Part shown: positions 39,837-48,923 of the stretch, piece by piece | Numbering within the stretch: the stretch's first letter is position 1 | How the letters are laid out: each line of letters starts with the position of its first letter | Assembly (NCBI GenBank): GCA_965656605.1 | Contig: CBFHLC010000005.1 | Coordinates: 8,299 to 72,298 of the forward strand | DNA length: 64,000 bases | Direction of reading: 5' to 3' | Source of the DNA: Litorivicinus sp. | GTDB taxonomy: Bacteria; Pseudomonadota; Gammaproteobacteria; Pseudomonadales; Litorivicinaceae | Notes under the pieces: generated by a model | The model's input: the letters and a program-made list of their open reading frames with translations, nothing else | Database searches by the model: none | Told to the model about the DNA's origin: nothing | Made by a program: the position numbers and the translations under genes

Positions 39837-40432
39837 TTGATCGGGCTGGGGCAGATCCACCAAAACTTTCCTTGCCCTTCAACGCGCACATCAGCTTCCT
39901 CGCAGGTGTTTGACGATCCCACCGCACCGCCGGGTTCAAGTAACAAGCCATCCAGGGGATAGCGCAGTCCGGTGCTGTATTTAAACGTGCAGGACTCTGC
40001 CGGTATGACCCCCAGAGTCTCGCCGACTTGATGCAGGCCGCGGTATCGCCCATTGCACCCTTGGATCTGTTGTAACTGATCAACCAAGGTTAACCGTGGA
40101 TGTTTCAGTAGGGCGGATAAATTGGCCAAGCTGTGATCCCAGCGCGCGCCTAAAAATCCAATTCCAACCATTGCGGGTGCCGTGATCCTGGCCAAGCATT
40201 TTTCCAGATCTGTGGTGTTCTGGTCTTGATCGATCATGATGTGATCGTCGGGCTGGGCCTCAATGCTATCCCCGTCACCGATCACCATGGCGCTACAGCC
40301 GTCCCAATGCCTGCGACCGCCATCAGCGCAGATCACGGGTCCGTCAAATCGGTTCAGCCATGCGCGTTCTGCCTCGCTCAGCGGTGCGTTTCCGATCAGT
40401 AAAACGGTTTGTTCAAAGATAATTGACTGCAT
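39833..40432 (-). CDS. thiamine pyrophosphokinase (thiamine diphosphokinase)
   Basis: ICADGG, GDGDSI (GDFDS-like), DQDQNTTDLEKCL, FLGARWDH (GGRxDH-like) and C-terminal GLRYPLDG align with B. subtilis ThiN/YloS-type TPK. Confidence 0.8.
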   Translation of the reverse strand: MQSIIFEQTVLLIGNAPLSEAERAWLNRFDGPVICADGGRRHWDGCSAMVIGDGDSIEAQPDDHIMIDQDQNTTDLEKCLARITAPAMVGIGFLGARWDHSLANLSALLKHPRLTLVDQLQQIQGCNGRYRGLHQVGETLGVIPAESCTFKYSTGLRYPLDGLLLEPGGAVGSSNTCEEADVRVEGQGKFWWICPSPIN

Positions 40433-40452
40433 AACTCAGCAGGGTACCATCA

Positions 40453-40537
40453 GCCGCGTCTGGGGTGCGCCACGTGGCGCTGAGAGCACACCCATTGAAC
40501 CTGAACCAGATTGTGCTGGCGGAGGGAGACATCGCGT
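40453..40537 (+). promoter_or_regulatory. TPP (THI-box) riboswitch
   Basis: All conserved blocks are present in order: TGGGGTGC, GCTGAGA, ACCC, GAACCTGA, the CCAG/CTGG helix, GCG and AGGGA. It lies directly upstream of thiB. Confidence 0.9.
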
Positions 40538-40580
40538 CCTGCCTCGTGCCGCCTTGGTTTTTTTGAACCTGGAGCGAGCT

Positions 40581-41558
40581 GTGAAAAAACTACTGTTAAC
40601 TGCGGCACTCGCCGCGCCGGCTTTTGCAGCCGATACACTGACCGTTTACACCTACGATGCGTTTGCCGCCGATTGGGGTCCCGCCCCGGCGATTGAGCAG
40701 GCGTTCGAAGCGGTGTGCGAATGCGATTTGAAATTTGTCGCAGCGGATTCGTCGTTAGCGCTGTTGCGTAAGGTTCAGCTGGAAGGCGATTCGACACCGG
40801 CGGACGTGATCCTGGGCCTAGATACCAACTCAATGGAGCTGGCCCGTTCAACCGGCTTATTTGCCACGCCTGACTGGGACCCCTCGGTCTTGGATTTGCC
40901 AGTGCAGTGGAGTGAGCAGACTTTTGTTCCCTTTGACTACTCAATCTTTGCGATGGTGTATCAAAAGGACCGCCTAGCGCAGGCGCCTAACAGCCTAGAG
41001 GCGCTGCGCACCTTGCCCGAGGACGTCAAACTGGTGATCCAAGACCCTCGCTCTTCAACCCCCGGGTTAGGCTTGGTGTTGTGGGTCAAGTCGGTCTATG
41101 GCGATCAGGCCGAAAGCTTTTGGCGTGACGTTCAGGATAGCGTCCTGACCGTGACAGCCGGCTGGAGTGAGGCCTACAACCTGTTCCTAGAGGGTGAAGC
41201 AGAAATGGTGCTGTCGTACACCACATCGCCTGCGTATCACCGTATTGCTGAGGGCGACGATCGTTTTGCTTGGGCCTCCTTCAACGAGGGGCACCAAGGC
41301 CAGATTGAAGTGGCAGGTCGCCTGAAATCATCCAAGCAGCCTGAGCTGGCGGATCAATTTATGCGCTTCATCACGACCCGCGATTTCCAGTCGACTATCC
41401 CCACCGGTAATTGGGCGTATCCAGTGATCGACTTGCCCTTGCCTGAGGGTTTTGAAGTACAAGAGCGCCCCGAGCCGTTCCGACTGGCGGATCCTGTCAA
41501 AGCGGAAGCGCTGCGTCGCGATGCTGTTGCCGAATTTCTTAGCGTATTTGGCGGTTGA
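40581..41558 (+). CDS. thiB: thiamine ABC transporter substrate-binding protein
   Basis: Has a GTG start behind GGAG and a signal peptide (KKLLLTAALAAPAFA). LTVYTYDAFAADWGP matches ThiB/TbpA. It follows the TPP riboswitch. The ORF is open from 40263 across the riboswitch. Confidence 0.9.
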   Translation: MKKLLLTAALAAPAFAADTLTVYTYDAFAADWGPAPAIEQAFEAVCECDLKFVAADSSLALLRKVQLEGDSTPADVILGLDTNSMELARSTGLFATPDWDPSVLDLPVQWSEQTFVPFDYSIFAMVYQKDRLAQAPNSLEALRTLPEDVKLVIQDPRSSTPGLGLVLWVKSVYGDQAESFWRDVQDSVLTVTAGWSEAYNLFLEGEAEMVLSYTTSPAYHRIAEGDDRFAWASFNEGHQGQIEVAGRLKSSKQPELADQFMRFITTRDFQSTIPTGNWAYPVIDLPLPEGFEVQERPEPFRLADPVKAEALRRDAVAEFLSVFGG

Positions 41559-43021
41559 TCGACCCTAACCGCCGGGCTCAGGGGGTGACCGCCGTTTTGG
41601 TGGTCATCGCACTGGGTCTGTTGGTGTCGTTAGGAGCGCCCGGTGGTTGGCCGTCTCAAGTCTGGACGCCGCTATGGCGCTCGGCGTGGCAAGCGGCACT
41701 CAGCGCCTCGGCCTCCTGCGTCGTGGGTTTATCCATGGCCTATGCCGCTTATCATTGTTCGCCGGCATTGCGTCCGGCGTGGTGGCGTGGGCTGCTTAAC
41801 ACCACGCCGATCATGCCGACGCTGGTGGTGGTGTTGATGCTGATTTCCGCTTACGGACGGTCCGGCATCATCAGTGGTGGGGCTGGGCTGTACGGGCTTG
41901 GCGGTATTGTACTGGCCCACTGCTTTATTAACGCCCCATGGGTGTCTCAACAGGTCTTGTCTCAGTTCGCGGGCATCACGCAACAACAGCATCGAATGGC
42001 GGATCAGCTAGGCGTTAAAGGCTGGCGTCGATTTGGATTGGTGTTTTGGCCTGTGATTGCCGAGACCGTGCGACGACAGTGGGCCTTGGTGTTTTTGCTG
42101 TCCTTTACCTCGTTTGCGGTGGTTTTGGTGCTGGCCGGCTCTCCGAAGTGGGCCACACTCGAAGTTCGCCTGTATCAGCTGATCACCCTGGAGTTCGATC
42201 TGGCAGGCGCGGTCAGCTTGGCTTGGTTGCAGCTGTTGGCCTTGTTACCCCTGATGTTGCTGATGCATCGGCATTTGAATTCAACGATTTCATTAGGCCG
42301 GGCCTATCAAGCGCGCCCCACCTTGTGGGGAAGCGTGCTGTGGTTGGTGCTCAGTGCGTTATGGGCGCTGCCCATGCTGGCCCTTACATTGCGGGCCGTT
42401 CAGCTGGATTGGTCGGCGCTATTGGCGCAGCCTATTGTGTGGCAGGCCGCCTGGACCAGTACGTGGGTAGCCACGCTATCCGCCAGCTGCGCGGTGATAT
42501 TGGCGTGGTTTTTAGCCCGTGGCGCTCAGTCTTGGGCCGTTAGCATCAGCGGGATGCTGTACTTTTTGATCCCCTCGCAGGTCATGGCGCTAGGGCTGTT
42601 TTTGGCGTTTAGAGCCTGGGGCTGGGGCCATCCGGCTTTGGCGGTGGGGTTGTCCAACACCCTGATGTGTTTGCCATTTATGTTGAGTGTTCTGGTGCCG
42701 GCGTTGAAACGCTATCCCCAAGGGAGGCTGATTCGCCAATTGGGGTTAAATGCGACCGCTCGAATGCGTTGGATCTACTGGCCCCGTTTTGCCTCGCAAC
42801 TGACGTGGTGCTGGATCTTTGCCTTTGGGCTCAGTCTGGGTGATTTTGGCGTGGTGGCGCTGTTTGGCTCGCAAGACTTCACCACCTTGCCTCATTTGCT
42901 GTATCAAAAGCTTGGCAGTTACCGGACCGGCGATGCCTATGGTATCGCGGTCATGATGTGGGCTGCGCTGGCAGCCTTGTTCATTCTGGCGACCCCAAGG
43001 AGTACCCATGTTACACGTTGA
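41555..43021 (+). CDS. thiP: thiamine ABC transporter permease
   Basis: A 488-aa polytopic protein with duplicated ABC permease modules, located between thiB and thiQ with overlapping boundaries. Confidence 0.85.
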   Translation: MIDPNRRAQGVTAVLVVIALGLLVSLGAPGGWPSQVWTPLWRSAWQAALSASASCVVGLSMAYAAYHCSPALRPAWWRGLLNTTPIMPTLVVVLMLISAYGRSGIISGGAGLYGLGGIVLAHCFINAPWVSQQVLSQFAGITQQQHRMADQLGVKGWRRFGLVFWPVIAETVRRQWALVFLLSFTSFAVVLVLAGSPKWATLEVRLYQLITLEFDLAGAVSLAWLQLLALLPLMLLMHRHLNSTISLGRAYQARPTLWGSVLWLVLSALWALPMLALTLRAVQLDWSALLAQPIVWQAAWTSTWVATLSASCAVILAWFLARGAQSWAVSISGMLYFLIPSQVMALGLFLAFRAWGWGHPALAVGLSNTLMCLPFMLSVLVPALKRYPQGRLIRQLGLNATARMRWIYWPRFASQLTWCWIFAFGLSLGDFGVVALFGSQDFTTLPHLLYQKLGSYRTGDAYGIAVMMWAALAALFILATPRSTHVTR

Positions 43022-43619
43022 TCAGCTGTCTTTTAGCCATGCAGGCGGACCGTCTTTTTGCTTTGATGTGGTGCTGGATCAAGGGCAATGTCTGGCGGTG
43101 ATGGGGCCCAGTGGGGTGGGTAAGTCGACCTTGCTCAACTTAATTGCCGGCTTCGAGAAACCTTCGTCAGGCGCTTTGTCTTGGCAGGAGCAATCGTTGT
43201 TGCCCCTAGCGCCGGATCACCGTGGTGTCAGCATGCTGTTTCAATCTCACAATCTGTTTGATCATCTGAGCGCGGCTCGGAACGTGGATCTGGGACTCTC
43301 ACCGAATCGTGCGGCCACGCCGGCTCAACAGGCTCAGCGGGATCAAGCCTTTGTGGATCTGGGCATTGAGGGTTTGCAGGCGCGCCTGCCGGCAGATTTG
43401 TCTGGGGGGCAGCAGCAGCGGGTGGCGTTGGCTCGTTGCCTGGTTAGTGATCGGCCTCTGATTTTGTTGGACGAGCCCTTCAGTGCACTAGATCAGCAGA
43501 CGCGTCAGGATGCGATTGAGGCGCTCAAGGTCCTGCAGGCCCGCGGCAAGACACTGGTGTTGGTGACGCATCAGCCACAGGATGCGATAGCCCTAGGGGC
43601 CAAGGTCTATCAGCTGTAG
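43008..43619 (+). CDS. thiQ: thiamine ABC transporter ATP-binding protein
   Basis: Has Walker A GPSGVGKST, the signature LSGGQQQRVALAR and Walker B LILLDEPFSALD. Confidence 0.9.
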   Translation: MLHVDQLSFSHAGGPSFCFDVVLDQGQCLAVMGPSGVGKSTLLNLIAGFEKPSSGALSWQEQSLLPLAPDHRGVSMLFQSHNLFDHLSAARNVDLGLSPNRAATPAQQAQRDQAFVDLGIEGLQARLPADLSGGQQQRVALARCLVSDRPLILLDEPFSALDQQTRQDAIEALKVLQARGKTLVLVTHQPQDAIALGAKVYQL

Positions 43620-43657
43620 TTCTAGACGCAGCGGCGGTGGGCTTATAGCCTAGTGGC

Positions 43658-43981
43658 ATGGATTTTAAATCAGCCGTCATTAGCGGGTTCACCCGCTTTC
43701 TTGAAGTTCACACCCGATCTTCGCGCAGCGAATTTTGGTGGTGGTATCTATTCACCTTTCTGATCAGTGTCGTTGCGGGGATCATTGATCTGGGCTTTTT
43801 GCCGGGTCTGGTCTCGGTGGTGTTGATTGTGCCAACTTGGACGTTATTTATCCGGCGACTCCATGACATTGGTCACAGCGGTTGGTGGGTACTGTTATTG
43901 CTGGTCCCACTGGCCAACGTAGTGATCTGGTTATACGCCGGTTTACGCGCCGGCGATCCAATGGGAAATCGCTGGGGCTAA
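43658..43981 (+). CDS. DUF805 family inner-membrane protein
   Basis: RSSRSEFWWWYLF and RRLHDIGHSGWW are DUF805 hallmark motifs. 107 aa with 3 TM segments. Confidence 0.8.
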   Translation: MDFKSAVISGFTRFLEVHTRSSRSEFWWWYLFTFLISVVAGIIDLGFLPGLVSVVLIVPTWTLFIRRLHDIGHSGWWVLLLLVPLANVVIWLYAGLRAGDPMGNRWG

Positions 43982-44001
43982 TTCGAAAGTTGGACTGGCG
44001 A

Positions 44002-44018
44002 AATTGGTAAGACCAATT
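44002..44018. promoter_or_regulatory. perfect palindrome AATTGGT-AAG-ACCAATT upstream of glcD (FadR/GntR-type operator shape)
   Basis: Has 7-bp arms and a TGGT-N3-ACCA core typical of FadR-subfamily GntR operators (GlcC, LldR, PdhR). It lies 42 nt upstream of the glcD ATG. Confidence 0.4.
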
Positions 44019-44059
44019 TAAGATTCTGGCATCTAAAAATTAGAGTTAGGTGCCAGATT

Positions 44060-45559
44060 ATGAACGCCATGACCCAAGATTTACTGGATCAAACTACGAT
44101 CGCTGAGCGTCGAGCGCGCATCGTGCCCCACCTGCAGCAGATTCTTTCCAGCGACCAACTAAAAGTCGCAACCGAAGATCTGGCCCCCTTCGAGACCGAC
44201 GGTCTGGCGCCATATCGCCGGATGCCGATGGTCGTGGCGTTGCCCGAAACCAAAGATCAAGTTCAAGCGATCATGCGCGCCTGCAAAGCCGAATCCATTC
44301 CGGTGGTAACCCGGGGAGCCGGCACGGGGCTATCCGGTGGTGCGATGCCGCATGAAGGCGGCGTGTTGCTATCGATGACCAAGATGAATGCGATTGTCGA
44401 TATCGACCCCAAGGCACGCATCATCACCGTTCAGCCCGGCATTCGTAATGCGGCAGTGACTCAAGCTGTCGCACCCCATGGACTGTACTACGCGCCTGAT
44501 CCCTCCAGCCAAATTGCGTGCTCGATCGGCGGCAACATTGCGGAAAATTCGGGGGGCGTGCATTGCCTAAAGTATGGCCTGACCGTCCATAACGTGCTCG
44601 AGGCCACTGTGATCACCATCGATGGTGAAGAGCTAGTGTTCGGTGGCGCGTCACTGGATGCTGCCGGCTTGGATTTAATGGCTGCGCTGGTCGGGTCTGA
44701 GGGCATGTTGGGCGCGGTCGTCGAGGCCAAACTCAAGCTGTTACCGGTTCCGCAGGTGACCAAGGTGGTCAGTGCTGCCTTTGATGATTTGGGAACGGCG
44801 GGCCGTGCGGTGGGTGACATTATCGCCGCCGGCATTATTCCTGCGGGTCTCGAGATGATGGATAAACTCAGTCTGTCAGCCGCCGAGAATTTCTTGAACG
44901 CGGGTTACCCAACTTGGGCCGCCGCGTTGTTGCTGTGCGAAGTCGATGGCACGGCCGAAGAGGTCGAAGAGCACATTCATGACGTAACCGAGGTGCTCAA
45001 GGCCTCGGGTGCGGTCGAAGTCAAAGTGGCCCGTGATGACGCCGAACGCGAGCTGTTCTGGAAAGGCCGTAAATCAGCCTTCCCTGCGGTTGGGCAGATC
45101 AGTCCTGACTACTACTGCATGGACGGCACGATTCCCCGCGCCGAATTGCCCGAAGTCCTGCAAAAGATCTCGGACATGCAGGAAAAATATGGCCTGCAAT
45201 GCGCCAACGTGTTCCACGCGGGGGACGGCAATTTGCACCCACTGATTATGTTTGATGGCAACGACCCGGTGCAGGCTGACAAAGCCGCTCAGTACGGATC
45301 AGAAATCCTAACCACTTGCGTCGAACACGGTGGCACGATCACCGGTGAACACGGGGTCGGTGTCGAGAAAATTCACGAGATGTGTGTGCAATTCCCCGGC
45401 GCCGAGTTGGAGCAGTTCCACGCGCTTAAGCGGGCGTTTGATGAAGGCGAGCTGATGAACCCTGGCAAAGCCATTCCCACGCTAAACCGCTGTGCCGAAT
45501 TTGGTCACATGCATGTCCACCACGGCGAGCTGCCGCACCCAGAATTGGAGCGTTTTTAA
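44060..45559 (+). CDS. glcD: glycolate oxidase subunit GlcD (FAD-linked)
   Basis: 499 aa, with the FAD-binding PCMH domain (VVTRGAGTGLSGGA) and C-terminal GEHGVG. Confidence 0.93.
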   Translation: MNAMTQDLLDQTTIAERRARIVPHLQQILSSDQLKVATEDLAPFETDGLAPYRRMPMVVALPETKDQVQAIMRACKAESIPVVTRGAGTGLSGGAMPHEGGVLLSMTKMNAIVDIDPKARIITVQPGIRNAAVTQAVAPHGLYYAPDPSSQIACSIGGNIAENSGGVHCLKYGLTVHNVLEATVITIDGEELVFGGASLDAAGLDLMAALVGSEGMLGAVVEAKLKLLPVPQVTKVVSAAFDDLGTAGRAVGDIIAAGIIPAGLEMMDKLSLSAAENFLNAGYPTWAAALLLCEVDGTAEEVEEHIHDVTEVLKASGAVEVKVARDDAERELFWKGRKSAFPAVGQISPDYYCMDGTIPRAELPEVLQKISDMQEKYGLQCANVFHAGDGNLHPLIMFDGNDPVQADKAAQYGSEILTTCVEHGGTITGEHGVGVEKIHEMCVQFPGAELEQFHALKRAFDEGELMNPGKAIPTLNRCAEFGHMHVHHGELPHPELERF

Positions 45560-46602
45560 TGGGTCAAGACATCACCCCACAACTGGCCGAGCAGGTCAAA
45601 CAGGCCTACGAGTCAGATACGCCTTTGGCGATCCACGGCGGTGGCAGCAAGGGCTTTCTGGGTCAGCCATTAGTCGGCGAGAAAGTCGATGTTAGCCAGC
45701 ACCAGGGCATTGTGAATTACCAGCCAGTCGAGTTGGTCATGACGGTCCGGGCCGGTACCCCCTTGGCAGACGTCAAAGCCGCATTGGCTGAAAAAGGCCA
45801 GTGCTTGGCGTTTGAGCCCCCTGCACTAGGCGACAACGCGACGATCGGTGGCACCATTGCCACCGGCTTGTCAGGACCGGCGCGTCCTTACACTGGGTCA
45901 GCCCGCGACTACATGCTAGGTGTGCGGATTATTAATGGCCGCGGCGAAGCCCTGCGCTTTGGCGGCGAGGTCATGAAAAATGTGGCGGGATACGATGTGT
46001 CTCGTTTGATGACCGCCAGTCATGGCACCTTGGGTGTGTTGACCGAGGTCAGCCTAAAGGTGTTACCACAGGCGAAAGCCACGACCACCTTGGCCTTTGA
46101 CGCCAGCGCCGCTGAGGCAGTTGATCAATTCAACCGCTGGGCAGGACAGCCACTGCCGCTCAGCGCAACCGCATGGGCGCAGGGGCGCGGCTATGTTCGT
46201 TTATCCGGTGCAGCCAGCGCCGTGGATGCGGCGCGCGCCAAGCTGCCGGGCGATGTGGTCGACGACGGCCTGTGGTCTGAGTTGGCCGAATTAACCCATG
46301 CATCCATCAAGGATGCCGAGACGCTCTGGCGACTCAGCGTTCCGCAAACTGCCGCAATGGATTTGGATTGCCCATTGATCGAATGGGGTGGTGGCCAGCG
46401 CTGGTATGCCGGCGACATGGCCGAGGGCGAGCTACGCGATTGGGCTGAGTCGGTCGGTGGCCATGCCACTGCTTATCGAGGTCACGCAGAGTCAGTATTT
46501 CATCCGCTCAGCCCCGCGATGGCGGCGTTGCATCAGCGCATCAAGACCAGTTTTGACCCCAAGGGGCTGTTCAACCAGTCTCGTTTTTACCGCGAGTTCT
46601 AA
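45559..46602 (+). CDS. glcE: glycolate oxidase subunit GlcE
   Basis: 347 aa with a FAD-binding domain (GGGSKGFLG, NVAGYDVSRL). Overlaps the glcD stop. Confidence 0.9.
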   Translation: MGQDITPQLAEQVKQAYESDTPLAIHGGGSKGFLGQPLVGEKVDVSQHQGIVNYQPVELVMTVRAGTPLADVKAALAEKGQCLAFEPPALGDNATIGGTIATGLSGPARPYTGSARDYMLGVRIINGRGEALRFGGEVMKNVAGYDVSRLMTASHGTLGVLTEVSLKVLPQAKATTTLAFDASAAEAVDQFNRWAGQPLPLSATAWAQGRGYVRLSGAASAVDAARAKLPGDVVDDGLWSELAELTHASIKDAETLWRLSVPQTAAMDLDCPLIEWGGGQRWYAGDMAEGELRDWAESVGGHATAYRGHAESVFHPLSPAMAALHQRIKTSFDPKGLFNQSRFYREF

Positions 46603-46604
46603 GC

Positions 46605-47822
46605 ATGCAGACAAATATCGTTCAAAAATACGCCAACACCCCCGAGGGCCAGCAGGCTGAGTCGATTCTGCGCAAGTGTGTTCACTGCGGATTCTGCACG
46701 GCGACGTGTCCGACTTATCAAGTGTTGGGCGACGAGTTAGACAGCCCCCGGGGCCGGATCTACTTGATCAAGCAAATGCTTGAAGGCGGTGAGGTGACCG
46801 AGAAGACCCGGACGCATTTGGATCGCTGCCTGACCTGTCGTTCGTGCGAAACCACCTGCCCATCAGGTGTTGAGTACGGCAAGCTGGTCGATATCGGACG
46901 TCACTTGGTCGAAAAAGAGGCCCCTCGCGGCTTTGTCGAAAACCTGACGCGTCAGGCGATGATCAAGGTGTTGCCCAACCGTCCTTTGTTTACTGCGTTG
47001 CTGCGCGTGGGGCAGGCATTTAAGCCCGTCATCCCTGGCAAGTTGGGCAAAAAGATTCCGGCTAAAAAAGTCAAAACGACTTGGCCTGCGCCTCAGCATT
47101 CCCGACGTATGTTGGTGTTGGATGCCTGTGCTCAGCCGGGGGCCACTCCCAACGTGAATGCCGCCGCCGCGCGAGTGCTGGATCGCATTGGAATTAGTTT
47201 GGTGGCGGCGCCGGAGGCAGGCTGCTGTGGTGCGGTGGCTTATCACCTCAACGATCAAGCCACAGGCCTGGATGCCATGCGCGCCAACATTGATGCCTGG
47301 TGGCCCGAGATCGAAGCCGGCTGCGAAGCGGTGGTTATTACCGCCAGCGGGTGTGGTGTGATGGTTAAAGAATACGGCCATCTGCTGGCCGGCGATCCGG
47401 CCTACGCCGAGAAAGCCAAGAAAATCGCTGGGTTGTGCAAAGACATGACTGAGGTGTTTGCCAGTGAAAGTATTGATCAGCTAAAGCTGGATGCCCAGCC
47501 GCAAAAAGTTGCCTTCCACGCCCCTTGCACCTTGCAGCACGGTCAGAAAATCGTGGGTGTGGCCGAGCGTTATCTGCGCGAAGCCGGCTTTGAGTTGACC
47601 ATGGTTGCCGACAGCCACCTGTGCTGTGGATCTGCCGGCACTTACTCGATCACTCAACCTGAATTGTCACAGCAGCTGCTGGGGCGCAAGGTCGAAGCCT
47701 TGCAAGCCGGTCAGCCAGACGTGATTGCCACGGCCAACATCGGCTGCCACCTGCATATTGAAACCGGGGCGCAAACCCCGGTTAAGCACTGGATTGAGCT
47801 GATTGATGAGGCCTGTGCCTGA
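46605..47822 (+). CDS. glcF: glycolate oxidase iron-sulfur subunit GlcF
   Basis: Has two 4Fe-4S motifs (CVHCGFCTATCP, CLTCRSCETTCP) and CCG domains (CCGA, CCGSAG). Confidence 0.93.
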   Translation: MQTNIVQKYANTPEGQQAESILRKCVHCGFCTATCPTYQVLGDELDSPRGRIYLIKQMLEGGEVTEKTRTHLDRCLTCRSCETTCPSGVEYGKLVDIGRHLVEKEAPRGFVENLTRQAMIKVLPNRPLFTALLRVGQAFKPVIPGKLGKKIPAKKVKTTWPAPQHSRRMLVLDACAQPGATPNVNAAAARVLDRIGISLVAAPEAGCCGAVAYHLNDQATGLDAMRANIDAWWPEIEAGCEAVVITASGCGVMVKEYGHLLAGDPAYAEKAKKIAGLCKDMTEVFASESIDQLKLDAQPQKVAFHAPCTLQHGQKIVGVAERYLREAGFELTMVADSHLCCGSAGTYSITQPELSQQLLGRKVEALQAGQPDVIATANIGCHLHIETGAQTPVKHWIELIDEACA

Positions 47823-48800
47823 TTAATCGAAATCTGCTGTCAGCACGATCTTGCCCATGAATCCACCGGCTTCCAGTCGGGCATGGGCTTGGTTGACCTC
47901 AGACATCGGAAAGCTTTCCGCGACCATTGGGGTCAGCTTGCCTTGCTCGACCAGACGGGTCATTTTGCGCAGCATGCAACCTAACTCGGCCTGATCCTTG
48001 TCTGGGCGGGTAAAGTAGCTGATCAAAAAGGCGAACTTCAGCGTCAATTCCTGTGAGTGCAGTAATCCCAAGTGGTGCTCGCTGCGCCCCGCGATGCCGA
48101 CAATCGTGCCATCGGGCGCGCACGCCTCAATGCTGCAATCCAAGGCTTTACCGCCGGGCGTATCAAAGACCAACTCCCAACGCTCATGCTGGGCTTTTTC
48201 TTGTTCCCACTGGTCGTAGCGAAGGGTGTGATCAGCCCCCAGACGTTTAACCATCTCGGCTTTCTCGTCGCTGCTGACACTGGCGCTGACTTCGGCACCT
48301 GCTGCTGCCGCCAGTTGCACGGCAACATGACCTACGCCGCCGGTGCCGCCTTGAATCAAAACGCGCTGGCCAGCTTTTAGCCCGCCTTTGTTAAACAGTG
48401 CGATCCATGCAGTGCATCCGACCAAGGGCAGGGCTGCTGCTTCGGCAAAGTCCAAATTGTTCGGCATGTGTGCGATCGTGCCGACATTGGCGCGCATGTA
48501 TTGGGCCAGTGCACCATCGTGGTTCTTAAAACCGCCGGCAATGCCATACACCTTGTCGCCCACCGCGAAACCTTCGACGCCAGCGCCCACTTCAGCGACA
48601 ACGCCGGCCACATCGCCATGCAACACGCCAGGTAGCTCAGGGCTGACCGGCGGCACTGCGCCTGCGCGGATTTTGGTATCGATCGGGTTAACACTGCTGG
48701 CTTTGACTTGGATTAAGACCTGTCCGGGGCCGGCTCTAGGTGTGTCAATTTCACCGGGCTGAAATGGGGCGCCGAACTCGGGTAATAGCATCGCTTTCAT
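47823..48800 (-). CDS. zinc-type alcohol dehydrogenase-like NADPH:quinone oxidoreductase (MDR family)
   Basis: Contains VKASSVNPID, GDKVYG and the Rossmann motif QGGTGGVGHVAVQLA. 325 aa. Confidence 0.85.
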   Translation of the reverse strand: MKAMLLPEFGAPFQPGEIDTPRAGPGQVLIQVKASSVNPIDTKIRAGAVPPVSPELPGVLHGDVAGVVAEVGAGVEGFAVGDKVYGIAGGFKNHDGALAQYMRANVGTIAHMPNNLDFAEAAALPLVGCTAWIALFNKGGLKAGQRVLIQGGTGGVGHVAVQLAAAAGAEVSASVSSDEKAEMVKRLGADHTLRYDQWEQEKAQHERWELVFDTPGGKALDCSIEACAPDGTIVGIAGRSEHHLGLLHSQELTLKFAFLISYFTRPDKDQAELGCMLRKMTRLVEQGKLTPMVAESFPMSEVNQAHARLEAGGFMGKIVLTADFD

Positions 48801-48923
48801 GGGGAAATACCTTGTTAATTATCGTGCGCTGAAGAGTATTCTGAGGGCACTCGAAACGCCAGTGCCGGATGCAGTCTTTACCGGTTCGCGTTACCCTAAC
48901 TGCAAGCAGTAAAAGGAATTTTT

